Assembly: GCA_043812655.1 (NCBI GenBank)
Contig: JBDRLW010000046.1
Span: forward strand, 21,291-85,290
DNA length: 64,000 nt
Source of the DNA: a bacterium
Lineage (GTDB): Bacteria > Margulisbacteria > WOR-1 > O2-12-FULL-45-9 > XYB2-FULL-48-7
Direction: 5' to 3'
Shown: positions 10,302-21,738 of the stretch, piece after piece
How positions within the stretch are numbered: position 1 is the stretch's first letter
Layout of the letters: each line of letters opens with the position of its first letter
Translations under genes and position numbers: made by a program
The notes under the pieces: generated by a model
What the model was told of the DNA's origin: nothing
Seen by the model: only the letters and a program-made list of their open reading frames with translations
Databases searched by the model: none

Positions 10302-11611
10302 TACATCATAATTCGCTCTACAAGAGTGCCGTCAATTAGAAAATTGTAAGCATTTTGTTCTGTAAAAGCATAAATGATCAATAAAAGATTCAATAGGATG
10401 ATCAGAAAAACTAGTTTTAGTTTAGATCCCCAGATTTGCCGCCAGTTGAATATTAGAACAATAATTAGTACGAACCACAAGATTTGCCAATCGGCATATG
10501 TAAACATCCGTTTACTGATTTGATTTATTATATTAACTAACGAAGGTGTACCGTAAGGCAATGCGGTGGAAATTGATGGCAAAATAGCCGGCTGATTATT
10601 ACTGGCGACAGGGATCATTTTATTGATTAATAATTGAAATTGAGAGATCAATGAGCTTTTCGGATTTATTAACCAGGGAAAAGCGACGATGATCGTTGTC
10701 ACTAAAAAAGTCAGCCCTGATTTATTCTCTTGGCGATTTTCCAAGAAAATATATAAAAGTAAAATAAAGTAAGCGATTATCCAGAGCGGAATACCGAGCT
10801 GTTTTACGAAACAGCCTAAACCAAAATATATCGCCGAAAAACATAAAAAAGAATGCTTATTTATGCGCATCCAACGAAATAAATAAATAACGCCAACTGA
10901 ATAATAAAAGGTTTGCATGAAATCGGAGTAAGCTGTTCCTACATGATAGATAATTAGCGGGAAAGAGGTGAGAAGCAAGGTAAAAAACAACGCTTTAAGC
11001 CGATCCATTTCCTGTCGTAAATTAAAATAGAAGATCAAAATCAGCGCAACAAAACAAAGAGGAAAAACTATCTTGCCAATTGCGTCATTCCAAGTCCCGA
11101 TCCCCATATATATCCAAGCTTGGGATAATGGGTTTAAATAGGGATGGGGGCCAGCCAATTCTATAGCTTGGGGAGTTAAGACTTTGCCAGTCGTAAAAAT
11201 AAGCTTAGCAATTGCTCCTTGGCGCCAGAGGTCATCGAAATTTACGATTGGCTTCACTAAAGCGTCGAAAAAGACATAAATGACAATTACAGCAATTAAA
11301 ATAAACAAGATTGATTCAGTGATTGATATGTTAGGGAGTAAAATGTTTAGTTTTATCTTAGGCTTTAGAAAAAGTAAAAATATTCCAATAATTATTAGCG
11401 CCGGTAATGAGCTGGTTAGTAGATTTAAAGGGATGTCAAACAATGAAAGAACAAACATCTCCATTCCCAGTAATCCAAGGCCGATCCCCCAAGCCAGAGC
11501 AGTTCTTTCAAGAAAATTGATTTTCAATTTCTCCCTGGTTATCAAAGAAACCACACAAAAACCTAGGATTAACGGCAATAATATAGTTAATAACAATCTA
11601 GTTAAGATCAT
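10235..11611 (-). CDS. Polytopic membrane protein, probable GT-C-fold glycosyltransferase
   Basis: Many TM helices, acidic NFDD after early TMs, HPYL, AYSD, VKQLG. Lies next to GtrAB. Confidence 0.6.
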   Translation of the reverse strand: MILTRLLLTILLPLILGFCVVSLITREKLKINFLERTALAWGIGLGLLGMEMFVLSLFDIPLNLLTSSLPALIIIGIFLLFLKPKIKLNILLPNISITESILFILIAVIVIYVFFDALVKPIVNFDDLWRQGAIAKLIFTTGKVLTPQAIELAGPHPYLNPLSQAWIYMGIGTWNDAIGKIVFPLCFVALILIFYFNLRQEMDRLKALFFTLLLTSFPLIIYHVGTAYSDFMQTFYYSVGVIYLFRWMRINKHSFLCFSAIYFGLGCFVKQLGIPLWIIAYFILLLYIFLENRQENKSGLTFLVTTIIVAFPWLINPKSSLISQFQLLINKMIPVASNNQPAILPSISTALPYGTPSLVNIINQISKRMFTYADWQILWFVLIIVLIFNWRQIWGSKLKLVFLIILLNLLLIIYAFTEQNAYNFLIDGTLVERIMMYQIPVVLFLIALCSNEKYLCPK

Positions 11612-12676
11612 TTATTGCACCTTTTTCATAATATATTGGCCATCAGCAAATTTAGCATAAAAAGAAAAAGTTTTATTTACATGTTGGTTTGGGTCAGATT
11701 GGAAAAACAGCAGGTATTCAGCTTCTTGACTTATATCCCTTGTAAGGACATGGGGAATTAAATAAATCCTAGCTTGTAGTTCCGCCGCGTATCTTGATGA
11801 TAAAAAAGCGAACTTTACTGGTTTTTTTGGTAGTTTCTCTTTAGCAAAAGCCAAATATTTATAAAAATCCTTTCCATAAGTGATTTCCCTTTTAGCTTCG
11901 ATTGACTTGCCAAAATACTTCGAAAAGTTGTCTTTAAATATATTGAAGTAATTAAAATATGAACTAAATGTAAGAAGGATCCAGAAAAAGAATGCAAGGA
12001 ATAGGGTTTGTTTGCCGGATTCTTGGAAAATCGAGTAAAAGATGGCTTGATCTTTCTTTTTTGTTTTCTTATTCGCTTTTTGTGACTTATAATAATTTAA
12101 TGTAAATAAAAAGAGGAAACCAAGCCCAATCAGCCAATAAACGTAAAGATTGATCGATCGGCCGAAAAACGAGCTGCTTGGGATCAAATTGATCGTGCTT
12201 CCTATAACGACTCTCCCTTTTGGTCCCCAAAACTCCCGCCACCCCGACCGAATATTCGTAAAAAGATCGCCTGGGATGGCTTTAGCCGACTCGATCTCAA
12301 CTCCTTGAGAACCGCCATCGGGAAAGATCAAGATCTGGGGGATAAAGCCGATCCAGTATGGATTTTGCGACTTAACGTTGAAAACATATTCTTTGGGAGA
12401 ATCAGATTTGTTCAGGAAAAACCAAAGGCTTTTAGGTTCATTCATTTGCTGGTCAAGCGATGAAGCCCAAAAAAGACGGGCAGTGCCGCTTTTAACTGAT
12501 TTGATCTTTATAATTAAAGTAGTAAATTCTTCAGCATCAACATTCATTTCCGGCGCGCCTACGATATATGGGGTGCCGGCTGGTTTAGTGAAAGAAAAAT
12601 TGATCTCATCAAGCGCGGCAGCAAACGAAGAAAAAATAAATAAAAAGCATATCAACAACCAAGAAACGCGTCTCAT
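11612..12676 (-). CDS. Hypothetical membrane protein with signal peptide
   Basis: 354 aa ORF with N-terminal signal, beta-rich domain and two TM. Abuts both neighbours. Confidence 0.7.
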   Translation of the reverse strand: MRRVSWLLICFLFIFSSFAAALDEINFSFTKPAGTPYIVGAPEMNVDAEEFTTLIIKIKSVKSGTARLFWASSLDQQMNEPKSLWFFLNKSDSPKEYVFNVKSQNPYWIGFIPQILIFPDGGSQGVEIESAKAIPGDLFTNIRSGWREFWGPKGRVVIGSTINLIPSSSFFGRSINLYVYWLIGLGFLFLFTLNYYKSQKANKKTKKKDQAIFYSIFQESGKQTLFLAFFFWILLTFSSYFNYFNIFKDNFSKYFGKSIEAKREITYGKDFYKYLAFAKEKLPKKPVKFAFLSSRYAAELQARIYLIPHVLTRDISQEAEYLLFFQSDPNQHVNKTFSFYAKFADGQYIMKKVQ

Positions 12677-13527
12677 CTTTTAGCCTTCTCTTGATAGAGT
12701 TTTATTAGCTTCTCCGTGACCGGGCAGCATTTCCCTTTACCGATTTTCCGGTTCCCGATCCGGGTGATCGGAATGATCCCGGTCCCCGACATGGTAACAA
12801 AACATTCGTCGGCATTATAGAGCTCCCTGGGTGTAAAAGACCTTTCCAGCACCCTGATCGCCGATTGTTTGGCCAAGGCCATCACAAAATCACGGGTAAT
12901 GCCGCGCAAGATCGGGGCGGTGGCGGGCGGAGTGTAGAGCGAGCCAAGTTTAACAATAAAAAGATTACTGACTGTCCCTTCTAGCAAATGGCCTTTCTCA
13001 TCAAGAAAAAAAGCTTCTTTAGCGCCGGCTTTTTTGGCTTCGGCCAGGGCGAGCGCGTTATCAATATAGCAAAGAGTTTTAAGTTGGTTAGTCGGTGAAT
13101 CGGTTCGTTTAAAAGAAGAAATGATGGCTTTCAGCCCATTAGTAAAAAGTTCTTTCCTTGGTTCTTTCAATTCTTCGGCAATAATAATAACGTTTGGTTT
13201 TCCAGTAGTATTAGAAAAAGAGAGCCCGTGCCCAAGCGCGTCGCCCCTGGTAATTATTACTTTAAGGTAAGTTTCCTTAAAATTATTAAGCCTTATGGCG
13301 GTAAGGATAAAACTTTTAAGTTTATTTATATTGTAAGGTGAACGGATCCCGAGTGCTTTAGCTCCGGCTAGCAGTCTTTTTAAATGCTCATCCAGCAAAA
13401 ATGGTTTTTTATTGTAGGTCCTGAAAGACTCAAAGACTCCGTCACCATAAAGAAATCCCCGGTCAAAAACCGTGATCTTTGCTTTATTAGCCGGAACAAA
13501 ATTGCCGTTAATAAATATTTTATTCAT
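12673..13527 (-). CDS. PLP-dependent aminotransferase class IV (IlvE/Dat/PabC family)
   Basis: DRGFLYGDGVFE, HLKRL, catalytic K (LKTLCY), EGTVSNLF, ILRGITR, ADECF. Confidence 0.9.
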   Translation of the reverse strand: MNKIFINGNFVPANKAKITVFDRGFLYGDGVFESFRTYNKKPFLLDEHLKRLLAGAKALGIRSPYNINKLKSFILTAIRLNNFKETYLKVIITRGDALGHGLSFSNTTGKPNVIIIAEELKEPRKELFTNGLKAIISSFKRTDSPTNQLKTLCYIDNALALAEAKKAGAKEAFFLDEKGHLLEGTVSNLFIVKLGSLYTPPATAPILRGITRDFVMALAKQSAIRVLERSFTPRELYNADECFVTMSGTGIIPITRIGNRKIGKGKCCPVTEKLIKLYQEKAKR

Positions 13528-13528
13528 A

Positions 13529-14107
13529 TTACGCGAACGTACTAAAATTCGACGCGTCCCAAAGTGTTGGGCTTAGTGTTGGATATTCTGGTCGTTTACC
13601 GGCGATCATCCCATCGATCATCGTTGCCAACCGATCAAGTTCTTGGTTAGGGGCATTTTCGGAAAGTTTTGGTTGTCCGGTCGCAATATCGATCACCGTA
13701 ATGCCGGTGTCGCTGATGATCTTAATGTTTTCAGAATAAACTTTGCCGTTTTCCACCCGCCAGGCGTAAAATTCCGGGTTATAACGGTCTTGCAAGCCAA
13801 TAATAAATAAATATTTCTGATTGTGTGATAAGTCCTGGGCCGAAGGGACAGGGATCCCCTTAGGATGGGTGTGATAAATGCCAAGATATTCCAGCTGATG
13901 CTTAACTAAAAAACGATAGGCAGTATCGATATCATCGGACGAGAGGGCAAACGTCTCTGTCCGGTTGTATAAATGTTTGTTGGGGATCGGCAAAACGCCT
14001 AAGATCGTATTTTCCCGTCCGCCTAAAAAACCACCAGTTTCTTGAGGGTAGCAAGCTTGGGCCTGCTTCATGATGATATCGTATTGCCGCTGGGTGATCC
14101 TAAACAT
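13529..14107 (-). CDS. JAB/MPN (Mov34) metalloprotease-domain protein
   Basis: PQETGG...YHTHP...PSAQD is an intact E-x(n)-HxH-x7-S-x2-D JAMM motif. Confidence 0.85.
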   Translation of the reverse strand: MFRITQRQYDIIMKQAQACYPQETGGFLGGRENTILGVLPIPNKHLYNRTETFALSSDDIDTAYRFLVKHQLEYLGIYHTHPKGIPVPSAQDLSHNQKYLFIIGLQDRYNPEFYAWRVENGKVYSENIKIISDTGITVIDIATGQPKLSENAPNQELDRLATMIDGMIAGKRPEYPTLSPTLWDASNFSTFA

Positions 14108-14217
14108 AATTGATTATAATTATAACATGTAATATAATAGTAAGGTTTTATTTATAAAAACTGCCAAGTTAAAAGCTTTTTAAATATAAAATTGGCAGGA
14201 ATGAAAGGGGAAAAGAA

Positions 14218-16194
14218 ATGAAAATGATCTATTTGCCATTGATCTCGGGGGTATTGGGGGCGATTTTCGCCTTATTCTTATATTTTAAGGTCATTAAGCA
14301 ATCAATGGGGACGGATAAGATGAAAGAGATCGCCGGATTGATCCAAGAAGGGGCAATGGCTTATTTGAACCGGCAATACCGGGTGGTCTTGATCTTTATT
14401 ATTGTTATCTTTTTTGTTTTAACTTTTTTAATTAATATTTATGTTTCGATCGCGTATCTTTTTGGCGGGATTTGTTCTATGCTAGCCGGTTATATCGGGA
14501 TGAATGCTGCGACCAGGGCAAATGTTCGAACTGCCAGCGCCGCAGCTGAAAAGAACCAAGGTAAATCGTTAGGGATAGCTTTTTCCGGTGGGGCGGTTAT
14601 GGGAATGGCGGTCGCTTCGATCGGTGTATTAGGCTTAGGATTATTGTTCCTTTTTGTAAAGGGCCTCGCTTTAAAAGCGGCGATGATCGGCGGGTTTTCG
14701 ATGGGGGCATCCTCGATCGCCCTGTTTGCCCGAGTTGGCGGCGGAATATACACAAAATCGGCCGATGTTGGGGCTGACCTGGTCGGTAAAGTTGAAGCGG
14801 GGATCCCGGAAGATGATCCCAGGAATCCGGCGGTGATCGCTGATAATGTGGGCGATGTGGCGGGCATGGGTGCCGATCTTTTTGAATCTTATGTCGGTTC
14901 GGTCGTCGCGACAGTTGCCATTGGAGCGCTTATGGCGACCAATCCTCTTTCCTGGATGATGCTGCCGCTAATGTTGATCGCGGCGGGCACGATCGCTTCT
15001 ATAATCGGCGTTTTATTTATTGAGTTCATCCAAAACATGAATCCGCAGGCGGCTTTGCGTTATTCGACTTATGTGGCACAAGGTTTATTTATTATTGCCG
15101 CTTTTTTCCTGTCAAAGATCGTGGTCGGCAGTCTCGATGTTTTTTGGGCGATCTTGGCCGGTATCTTGGTTGGCATGGCGATCGGATTGATCTCGGAAAT
15201 GTACACTTCGGGTAAAATATTAAAAGAAATTGCTGAAGCCTGTAAAACGGGGCCCGCCACAAATATTATCGCCGGTTTATCGATCGGGATGAAGAGCACT
15301 GTTTTCCCGATCCTGTCTATCTGCGCCGCGATTTTTATCGCTTATAAATTTGCCGGCCTTTACGGCATTGCCATTTCGGCGGTGGGGATGCTTGGGACGA
15401 CCGGGATCATTATGGCGGTTGATGCTTATGGGCCGATCGCCGATAATGCCGGCGGCATTGTTACTATGTCGGGAGCGGCACCCGAAGCCAGGAAGATCAC
15501 CGATACCCTAGATTCGCTCGGCAATACTACCGCCGCGATCGGAAAAGGTTTCGCGATCGGTTCTGCCGCGTTGACCGCGTTAGCCTTGTTTGCCGCTTAT
15601 ACCCAGGTAGTGAATTTAAGATCGATCAATGTCCTCAAACCTGAAGTCGTGATCGGCTTATTTTTGGGAGGATTGGTCCCTTTTGCTTATGTATCGATGA
15701 CCTTGCAGGCGGTAGGGCGGGCGGCCTTTAAAATGGTTGAAGAAGTGCGCCGCCAATTTAGAGACATTAAAGGACTGCTTGAGGGAAAAGCCAAACCAGA
15801 CATAAAAAAATGCGTCGATATTAGCACTGACGCGGCGCTAAAAGAAATGATGATCCCAGGAATCTCAGCTGTTATCATTCCTATAGTGGTTGGTATTGTT
15901 CTTGGGCCGGAAGCGTTGGGCGGGTTGCTGGCTGGCGCCTTATGTGTTGGCGTGCCAATGGCGATCATGCTCGCGAACTCTGGCGCTGTTTGGGATAACG
16001 GCAAGAAATTGATCGAAGATGGTTATTTAGGCGGCAAGGGGACTCCCATCCATGCGGCCGCTGTAGTAGGAGATACTGTTGGCGATCCTTTTAAAGATAC
16101 CAGCGGGCCGGCGATGAATATTCTTCTTAAGTTAATGGCTATTGTTTCTTTAGTCTTGGGGCCGGTCTTAGCGGCAATTCACTTTGCCCTTTGA
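14218..16194 (+). CDS. hppA: Membrane-bound pyrophosphatase, K+-dependent, probably Na+-translocating
   Basis: [48 protein letters not shown] (Ala marks the K+-dependent type), [17 protein letters not shown]. Confidence 0.93.
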   Translation: MKMIYLPLISGVLGAIFALFLYFKVIKQSMGTDKMKEIAGLIQEGAMAYLNRQYRVVLIFIIVIFFVLTFLINIYVSIAYLFGGICSMLAGYIGMNAATRANVRTASAAAEKNQGKSLGIAFSGGAVMGMAVASIGVLGLGLLFLFVKGLALKAAMIGGFSMGASSIALFARVGGGIYTKSADVGADLVGKVEAGIPEDDPRNPAVIADNVGDVAGMGADLFESYVGSVVATVAIGALMATNPLSWMMLPLMLIAAGTIASIIGVLFIEFIQNMNPQAALRYSTYVAQGLFIIAAFFLSKIVVGSLDVFWAILAGILVGMAIGLISEMYTSGKILKEIAEACKTGPATNIIAGLSIGMKSTVFPILSICAAIFIAYKFAGLYGIAISAVGMLGTTGIIMAVDAYGPIADNAGGIVTMSGAAPEARKITDTLDSLGNTTAAIGKGFAIGSAALTALALFAAYTQVVNLRSINVLKPEVVIGLFLGGLVPFAYVSMTLQAVGRAAFKMVEEVRRQFRDIKGLLEGKAKPDIKKCVDISTDAALKEMMIPGISAVIIPIVVGIVLGPEALGGLLAGALCVGVPMAIMLANSGAVWDNGKKLIEDGYLGGKGTPIHAAAVVGDTVGDPFKDTSGPAMNILLKLMAIVSLVLGPVLAAIHFAL

Positions 16195-16238
16195 GCTATC
16201 TTTGAAGATAGTAATTTGTTGTTGGGGTTGATCCAGGC

Positions 16239-16856
16239 TTAAGAGGAGGCGGGTTTAACCCTTTCCATCTTTAGTAGGACTACTTTACTGCTTCGTTCCA
16301 GCTCGGAGAGTTTCATTTTGATCAAATTCACGTTCCGCTGTAATTCTGGGATCAAAATATATTCTAGCGCGTTCACCCGGCGGCGGGTTTCAATGATCTG
16401 TTCGGCCAAAAGGCGCAGCGATTTGCTTAAGGCGGCCATTCTTACCAGTTCCGGGAGCAAAGAGATAAAAAGGTCGGAGGCTTCTTTTGCTTCAACTGAA
16501 GCGGATAGCCCCTTAAATAGTGGTTTTCCTTCCACGGAAAAAGAATAATCAGGGATCTTCACCCCCATTATGTTGCGGATGGTCGTTTGCAGGGTAATGG
16601 TAGGTTTTAATTTTTCCTCAACTTCAAAAGCGTTGGGAGACGAAAGGGCGTAGGCAAAAAGAGAACTTGAAAAAAGGGAGACCATCTTTACCTCTAGATC
16701 CTCGTGCAGGGAGAGATAGTCTTTTTTAATAGTAAAAAACCGTTGGACCAAGCCGTCTAATTTGTCCTTCAGCAGCTTATGCCCGCGCCGCGCCAGCTCA
16801 AGTCGGCTTCGCAGCTTGAGCAGCTGCATGCGGGTGGGATTAACTCTGATGCGCAT
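16239..16856 (-). CDS. ntpD: V/A-type ATP synthase subunit D
   Basis: NPTRMQL...RGHKLLKDK and [10 protein letters not shown]. Confidence 0.95.
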   Translation of the reverse strand: MRIRVNPTRMQLLKLRSRLELARRGHKLLKDKLDGLVQRFFTIKKDYLSLHEDLEVKMVSLFSSSLFAYALSSPNAFEVEEKLKPTITLQTTIRNIMGVKIPDYSFSVEGKPLFKGLSASVEAKEASDLFISLLPELVRMAALSKSLRLLAEQIIETRRRVNALEYILIPELQRNVNLIKMKLSELERSSKVVLLKMERVKPASS

Positions 16857-18195
16857 ATTTTTCGATGATCTCGTCTTTAACGCGTTTTAATTCCGCCCGG
16901 GGTAAAAGGTTCAATAACCGCCAGGAAATAGAGAGAGTCTCGTTGATGGTCCGGTTTTCTGTCTCTTTTTGCCGAATGAAAAGGCTTTCAAATTCATCCG
17001 CGAACTTTAAATATTTACGGTCTAGTTCGGAAAGCGCCGCTTCGCCTAAGATGACTACCAGTTCGCGCACCTCGCGGCCTCTGGCGTAAGCGGCAAAAAG
17101 CTGGTTGGCAACGCCGGCGTGGTCTTCCCGTGTTTTCCCGGCGCCGATCGCTTTGTCCCTTAGCCTGGAAAGTGAAGGGAGCGGGTCAACCGGCGGATAG
17201 ATCCCTTTTCTTTCCAGCTCGCGGCTTAAAATTATTTGGCCTTCAGTGATATAGCCGGTCAGGTCGGGAATAGGATGGGTTTTATCGTCATCAGGCATGG
17301 TTAATATGGGGATCAGGGTGATCGATCCATTCTTCCCTTTTATCCTGCCCGCCCTTTCATAAAGAGTGGCCAGGTCGGTGTATAAATAGCCGGGATAACC
17401 GCGCCGACCCGGGACCTCTTTCCTGGCGGCTGAAACTTCCCTTAAGCTTTCACAATAATTGGTCATGTCGGTCAAGATGACCAGGATATGCAGGTCTTTT
17501 TCAAACGCCAGGTATTCCGCGGCGGTTAAAGCCAAGCGGGGAGTGGCGATCCGTTCAATAGCCGGGTCAGAAGCTAAGTTTATAAAAAGGACCGCGTTCT
17601 CAATGGCGCCGGTTTTCCTGAAATTGGAAATAAAAAATTCTGATTCTTCATAAGTGATCCCCATAGCGGCAAATACGACCGCGAAATCCTCGTTTTTTAC
17701 GCTTGCTTGGCGGGCGATTTGCGCCGCGATCCTGGAATGGGGGAGGCCCGAACCAGAAAAGATCGGCAATTTTTGTCCGCGGGTCAAAGTATTCAAGCCA
17801 TCGATCGTTGAAATCCCGGTTTGGATAAAGTCATTAGGATAATCACGGGCGTAAGGATTGATCGGGTCCCCGTTAATATCCAGCTTTTTTTCCGGGATAA
17901 TGGCGGGTGCGCCGTCGATGGGACGGCCAATACCGGAAAATATCCGGCCTAGAATATCGGGAGAGACGGGCAGCTCCAAGCCATGCCCGCGGAATTTCAG
18001 GTTAAGGCTGGAGATATCCAACCCATCGGTCCCTTCAAAAACTTGGATCAGCGCCTTATCCCTGTTTATCTCCAGAATTTTACCTAAACGGATCTCTCCC
18101 GAACGAAGCTTAATTTCTACTAATTCATCGTAAGAGGCGCCTGAAACGCCTTCCAATAAAATTAGCGGCCCAGAAATTTCTGCGATTTTGATCAT
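16840..18195 (-). CDS. ntpB: V/A-type ATP synthase subunit B
   Basis: [43 protein letters not shown]. Confidence 0.97.
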   Translation of the reverse strand: MIKIAEISGPLILLEGVSGASYDELVEIKLRSGEIRLGKILEINRDKALIQVFEGTDGLDISSLNLKFRGHGLELPVSPDILGRIFSGIGRPIDGAPAIIPEKKLDINGDPINPYARDYPNDFIQTGISTIDGLNTLTRGQKLPIFSGSGLPHSRIAAQIARQASVKNEDFAVVFAAMGITYEESEFFISNFRKTGAIENAVLFINLASDPAIERIATPRLALTAAEYLAFEKDLHILVILTDMTNYCESLREVSAARKEVPGRRGYPGYLYTDLATLYERAGRIKGKNGSITLIPILTMPDDDKTHPIPDLTGYITEGQIILSRELERKGIYPPVDPLPSLSRLRDKAIGAGKTREDHAGVANQLFAAYARGREVRELVVILGEAALSELDRKYLKFADEFESLFIRQKETENRTINETLSISWRLLNLLPRAELKRVKDEIIEKYAHQS

Positions 18196-18196
18196 A

Positions 18197-19921
18197 TTAT
18201 TTTATTTTTCCTTCCAAATTACGCGTCGACTGCGCGATATTCTCCAGTATCCCGGTTATTTCCTCTTCTCCCATAAAACGGCAGCGGACGATCTTATCCA
18301 CAACCTCTAGTTTCCTGATCTCATCCAAACAGACCCCGGCATCCAGCGCGAGCTCCGCCTGGTCATTTAAAAGCAAAATAGCCTTTAAGATCAAATATTG
18401 TTTCTTTAAGGTGGTGTACTGGTCGATCGGGTCAAAAGCGCCTTGATAAAGAAAATCTTCCCTGATCAATTTAGCAGTAAATAAAAGAAGCTGTTCTTTA
18501 AAAGAAAGTGATTCCATGCCGACTAGCCTGACGATCTCTTCCAATTGAGCTTCATGGGCTAAGATCTTTAGCGCTTTGGCCCTAACTTCGTAGAAATCTT
18601 CAGCTACTTCCCGTGAAAAGTAATCTTTTAAGCCTTCCAGGTAGAGTGAGTAGGAAAGCAGCCAGTTTATGGCGGGAAAATGCCGTTTGTGGGCAAGATT
18701 TTCATCTAAGCCCCAAAAAACTTTAGCTACGCGCAAAGTGTTTTGTACGACCGGTTCCGACAGGTCGCCGCCGGGAGGTGAAACCGAACCGATGATAGTG
18801 AGCGAGCCTTCTCTGGCCGGCTTTCCCACGCATTGGCCGAAGCCGGCACGCTCATAAAAATCGGCCAGGCGCGAACCGAGATAAGCGGGATAACCTTCTT
18901 CGCCCGGCATTTCTTCAAGGCGTCCTGACATTTCCCTCAATGCTTCTGCCCAACGGGAGGTGGAATCAGCTAAAAGCGCGACATGATAACCCATATCACG
19001 GAAATATTCGGCAATAGCCGCGCCAGTGTAAACAGAAGCTTCTCTGGCGGCGATCGGCATATTCGCGGTATTGGCGATCAAAATAGTCCTTTCCAAAAGC
19101 GGCCGGCCGCTTTTGGGATCCTTTAATTCCGGGAATTCGATCAGCACGTCGGTCATCTCATTGCCGCGCTCACCACAACCGATAAAAATAATGATATCCG
19201 CGTCAGCCCATTTGGCAAGCTGATGCTGGATCACGGTTTTCCCCGCGCCAAAAGGCCCTGGGATGCAAGCGGCTCCCCCTTTTCCAAGAGGGAAAAAAGC
19301 GTCAATGATCCTTTGCCCCGTAACTAAAGGGACCTTGACCGGTGACTTTTCTTTTAAAATTCTTCGTTTCCTGACCGGCCATTTTTGGAGCATGCGAATT
19401 TTTTGCCCTGAAATGGTCGCGATCGTTTCCTCAATAGTAAATTTCCCGCTTTTGATCTCTTCAATTTTGCCGGTGATCCCGGACGGGACCATGATCTTGT
19501 GGTTAACCAGGGCTGTTTCTTGGACAGTTCCCAGCAGGTCCCCTTCAGAAACTTGGTCGCCTTTCATTAATACGGGAACAAACTCCCATTTTTTTGAACG
19601 GGAGAGAGCTGGGACTTCTATTCCCCGAGTAATGAATGGGCCCGTTTTTTTCATGATCTCTTCCAGCGGGCGCTGGATACCGTCAAAGATCGAACTGATC
19701 AGCCCCGGACCTAATTCTACCGAAAGAGGGGCGCCGGTCGTTTCAACCGGATCATTAACTTTTAAACCGGCGGTTTCTTCGTACACCTGGATAGAGGCAA
19801 GATTGCCCCGCAGTTCCAGGATCTCACCGATCAACCTTTTTTCACCGATTCGTACCAGGTCGCCTTTGCGGGCATTTTCTATTTCAGCGATCACCAGCGG
19901 GCCAGCTACTTTGATTATCAT
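18197..19921 (-). CDS. ntpA: V/A-type ATP synthase subunit A (catalytic)
   Basis: P-loop [39 protein letters not shown]. No intein. Confidence 0.97.
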   Translation of the reverse strand: MIIKVAGPLVIAEIENARKGDLVRIGEKRLIGEILELRGNLASIQVYEETAGLKVNDPVETTGAPLSVELGPGLISSIFDGIQRPLEEIMKKTGPFITRGIEVPALSRSKKWEFVPVLMKGDQVSEGDLLGTVQETALVNHKIMVPSGITGKIEEIKSGKFTIEETIATISGQKIRMLQKWPVRKRRILKEKSPVKVPLVTGQRIIDAFFPLGKGGAACIPGPFGAGKTVIQHQLAKWADADIIIFIGCGERGNEMTDVLIEFPELKDPKSGRPLLERTILIANTANMPIAAREASVYTGAAIAEYFRDMGYHVALLADSTSRWAEALREMSGRLEEMPGEEGYPAYLGSRLADFYERAGFGQCVGKPAREGSLTIIGSVSPPGGDLSEPVVQNTLRVAKVFWGLDENLAHKRHFPAINWLLSYSLYLEGLKDYFSREVAEDFYEVRAKALKILAHEAQLEEIVRLVGMESLSFKEQLLLFTAKLIREDFLYQGAFDPIDQYTTLKKQYLILKAILLLNDQAELALDAGVCLDEIRKLEVVDKIVRCRFMGEEEITGILENIAQSTRNLEGKIK

Positions 19922-19922
19922 T

Positions 19923-20228
19923 TTAGGTTGACGCTCCTGTTGCTTTTGAGATCAAACGATCCAGATCTTCGTTAAAAAGGCCGATACCGCCGCGATGGTC
20001 GGGGAGGAGGACCACGTTTATCCCCTGGTCTTCAGCTGCTTTGATGGAAGGGGTTATTTCCATGGCGGTTTGTTCAGTGATAAAAACAATGGTATGATTT
20101 CCCTTAACGATAATATTGTTAAAAATGTCTTCTCCTTGGGGACTGGAATCACAGTAAAAAGTATCGATGCCCGAAGAGGAGAGCGGGGCAATTAGATATT
20201 TTGGGCCGATCAGCGCGATATTAGACAT
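19923..20228 (-). CDS. ntpF: V/A-type ATP synthase subunit F
   Basis: 101 aa, IALIG...VFITE...LLPD...ISKATG. Positioned between subunits C and A. Confidence 0.85.
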   Translation of the reverse strand: MSNIALIGPKYLIAPLSSSGIDTFYCDSSPQGEDIFNNIIVKGNHTIVFITEQTAMEITPSIKAAEDQGINVVLLPDHRGGIGLFNEDLDRLISKATGAST

Positions 20229-20931
20229 AGCTATGCCTTAACCGTTCTTTGATCTTGTCGGTTTTGACCTGCATTTTTTTTGCTACCAAGATCAAGCGGA
20301 GTATCTTTATCTCCATTTCTTTGGCGATAAGAAAGCCGATCAGCGGTTCGATGCCAAAAGAGCAATATCTGGCTTTTTTAACCGCGTCGGTCAAATGATC
20401 GTCAATTTCCCGCTCCAGCGCAAAGAGGCTCCCGGTTTTTTTATATTGCTCCAAGCCGACCGAAATAACCCGGTCGTAATCAGTATATTTATATTTGTTT
20501 TGCGCGGTGTTAAGGTCCGCTTGACCGTTCAAAATATCAGTCCTTAACTGGTGCAAAATAATATATCCCCGAACATATTTCGTGAAAAGAGGAGGACATT
20601 CTTGTCCCAGCGATTTTTTTAGAATGGCAAGATACTCATTAAGGGTAAGGGACGGATCGTATTTTTTCCACAAAACAGTTAAGAATTTATTTCCCGGCGC
20701 CAGGTCAGCTAATAAACTCTTTGTCCATAAGAGTTCATTTTCTAATAAGGCTTCAAGATCAAAAGAGTCCGGCAAGCGGTCGATCTTTTCGGCGTAATTA
20801 GCGTTTTCGCGTAAAACCAAGAAAGCTGTTTCAAAATCTTTCGCGTCTACTAGCCGAATGATCTGGCTTTCATCCAAAAGCTGCGCTTCTAGCGCTCTGA
20901 TCCTGCCGACCGCGTAAGTAAATTCAACCAT
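20221..20931 (-). CDS. ntpC: V/A-type ATP synthase subunit C (short form)
   Basis: YAVGRIRALEAQLL N-terminus and FGIEPLIGFLIAKEMEIKILR...IKERLR C-terminus. Confidence 0.85.
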   Translation of the reverse strand: MVEFTYAVGRIRALEAQLLDESQIIRLVDAKDFETAFLVLRENANYAEKIDRLPDSFDLEALLENELLWTKSLLADLAPGNKFLTVLWKKYDPSLTLNEYLAILKKSLGQECPPLFTKYVRGYIILHQLRTDILNGQADLNTAQNKYKYTDYDRVISVGLEQYKKTGSLFALEREIDDHLTDAVKKARYCSFGIEPLIGFLIAKEMEIKILRLILVAKKMQVKTDKIKERLRHSYV

Positions 20932-21247
20932 AAAGCACCTTAATTACTTCGGTTTCTTTCTTTTCCCTGACCTCTGGCGCTAACCCGGTGAAAACCTGGT
21001 CTAAAAATTTATGCTTTTCTTCCAATATTTTTTTTCTGGCTTCCAATCGGGCTGGAACCAAAATAGACTGTTGTTCTTCAGCCGCGGTCAACCGGGCTTC
21101 CGCTAAGATCTGTTGGCGCGAATGTTCCGACTTTGTTTTGGCTTCAGCGATTATCCGGCCAGCTTCCTGCTCGGCCTGCTGTTTTATTTTTGCCGCTTCC
21201 GCTTCCGCTTCTTCGATGATCTTTTTTTCTATTTCCGCGATCCCCAT
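20924..21247 (-). CDS. ntpE: V/A-type ATP synthase subunit E (short, mainly coiled coil)
   Basis: MGIAEIEKKIIEEAEAEA...ARLEARKKIL is a typical subunit E N-terminal helix. Positioned between K and C. Confidence 0.75.
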   Translation of the reverse strand: MGIAEIEKKIIEEAEAEAAKIKQQAEQEAGRIIAEAKTKSEHSRQQILAEARLTAAEEQQSILVPARLEARKKILEEKHKFLDQVFTGLAPEVREKKETEVIKVLYG

Positions 21248-21251
21248 TAGA

Positions 21252-21734
<483 letters not shown>

Positions 21735-21738
21735 TTAT

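Noticed and set aside
13529..14107. JAB gene as part of a CBASS or ubiquitin-like defence system
   Set aside because: No cyclase, E1/E2 or effector gene is adjacent.
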